Shown here: positions 62,834 to 64,000 of the stretch, piece by piece
How the letters are laid out: every line of letters starts with the position of its first letter
How positions within the stretch are numbered: position 1 is the stretch's first letter
Source of the DNA: Eledone cirrhosa
Lineage: Eukaryota
Reading direction: 5' to 3'
Assembly: GCA_964016885.1 (NCBI GenBank)
Contig: OZ024740.1
Coordinates: 371,752,001-371,816,000 of the forward strand
DNA: 64,000 nucleotides
Translations under genes and position numbers: made by a program
Notes under the pieces: model-generated
Database searches by the model: none
Seen by the model: only the letters and a program-made list of their open reading frames with translations
Told to the model about the DNA's origin: nothing

Positions 62834-63849
62834 ATATATATATATACGCACATACACACAGAAATATATATATATATATATATATACTCAATGAAAAATT
62901 TAGCTGTATTGATAAACTTAATGCAAGGAAAGAGCATCAGGTTATCAATAATAGATTAACACCATTATCTAATCAGTTCTGTTTAATCGCAATTATTGAT
63001 TTAATATAACCCTAAGCAGAATTCAAGTATTTTCATTAAATTAAATCACAACGGATGTAAGATCTGAATCAAACGTAAAATTTTTCTTCATGCATTAACA
63101 CATAACCCAAAATGAAAGTGATTAGATGAGTCCTTAAGGGAATTTAAATCGGTTATGTTAAAAATCAGCCTATTCATAGGAAGACAGCTTTAATCTGTTT
63201 TGGTATTGTGAAGTAATCGCAGCCGTATGGATTGCATGAAAAGGTTTGTTCTTCCGAACGACTGACAGGAATCGGTCACATTCCCTCTTTTTATGGATAT
63301 GAGCATAAACAGTAGTAAAATATTTTTATATCAAGTAAGTAACTGTCTTGGTACAGAAAAATGTTCCCCTCTTTTAAGAATCTCCCGTAGATCGATGAAG
63401 AATCACTACTGTTGAAAACGCAGCAGCCATCAAAGTCCGTTGGGAACCAGAAGCAATGTTAGAATAAAATAGCAAGGTGGTTAGAAAGAAGTGCTAGAAT
63501 TACTATGACTTAAGTTTGATGATAAATGACTGTTCCTGTACTACAGGAAGGCTTGAACTTAACGCTGTATCCTAACGTAACACCGATTGTATTTTACAGT
63601 GATTCAACACGTTTTAACAGTCGATTTGAAAAGTTACTTACAGATTAAAGTGTCATGGTACTGTAGTGCAGTTGACAGAGTACAATTTGTTAAGCTCATC
63701 ACTTGGTCCACCCCCTAACTGCTTTCTTAAACAAAAGAAAATGACAAAGAAATGATTTACTTTCTTTAAAATCGTTCATCTTTTCAATACCCAATATGAT
63801 TTTTTATTTGTTTTAATAAAAATGTTTAGAAGGATGTCTGGAAACTAAG

Positions 63850-63965
63850 GTGTTTGGAATATGGTCATAAGATTTTAAGGTCGTAGGTTTGATTCCGAAA
63901 CCAGGAAGTGCGTTGCGTTCTTCAGCAAGGCACTTCATTTCCCGTTGCTTGAGTTCACTGAGCTG
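63850..63965 (+). mobile_element. Degenerate tRNA-derived SINE fragment
   Basis: B-box-like GGTTTGATTCC followed by GTTCTTCAGCAAGGCACTT, a CORE-like motif. Confidence 0.4.
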
Positions 63966-64000
63966 AAGTAATTGTGTATATACATCCCCTATATATATAT

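Overview
AT-rich animal (eukaryotic) genomic DNA, probably cephalopod (Octopus-like, inferred from the Nin-type tRNA-SINE and the very long (TA)n tracts). I find no intact host gene, and almost all of the window is mobile DNA. It contains: three Penelope-like elements (PLEs) with Hydra-clade-like motifs; one near-complete Neptune-type PLE; two decayed RTE LINEs; a nested stack of R4-type restriction-like-endonuclease retroelements with (CATA)n tails; a hATm-like transposase relic; SINEs; and a 200-N gap. The most striking signal is RNA-level. Reading both strands by eye, I count about 32 type I hammerhead ribozyme (HHR) motifs from about 11 sequence families. Most sit in non-coding inserts embedded in (TA)n microsatellites, including two head-to-head arrays of a 466-bp HHR repeat (retrozyme-like) with a compensatory stem II change. 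Many inserts are fold-backs with reproducible long/short ends. The Neptune PLE has an upstream ORF joined to its ATG-less RT ORF by an in-frame U-UUU-UUA slippery heptamer, suggesting a -1 ribosomal frameshift. All structures were paired manually; no folding or database search was run.
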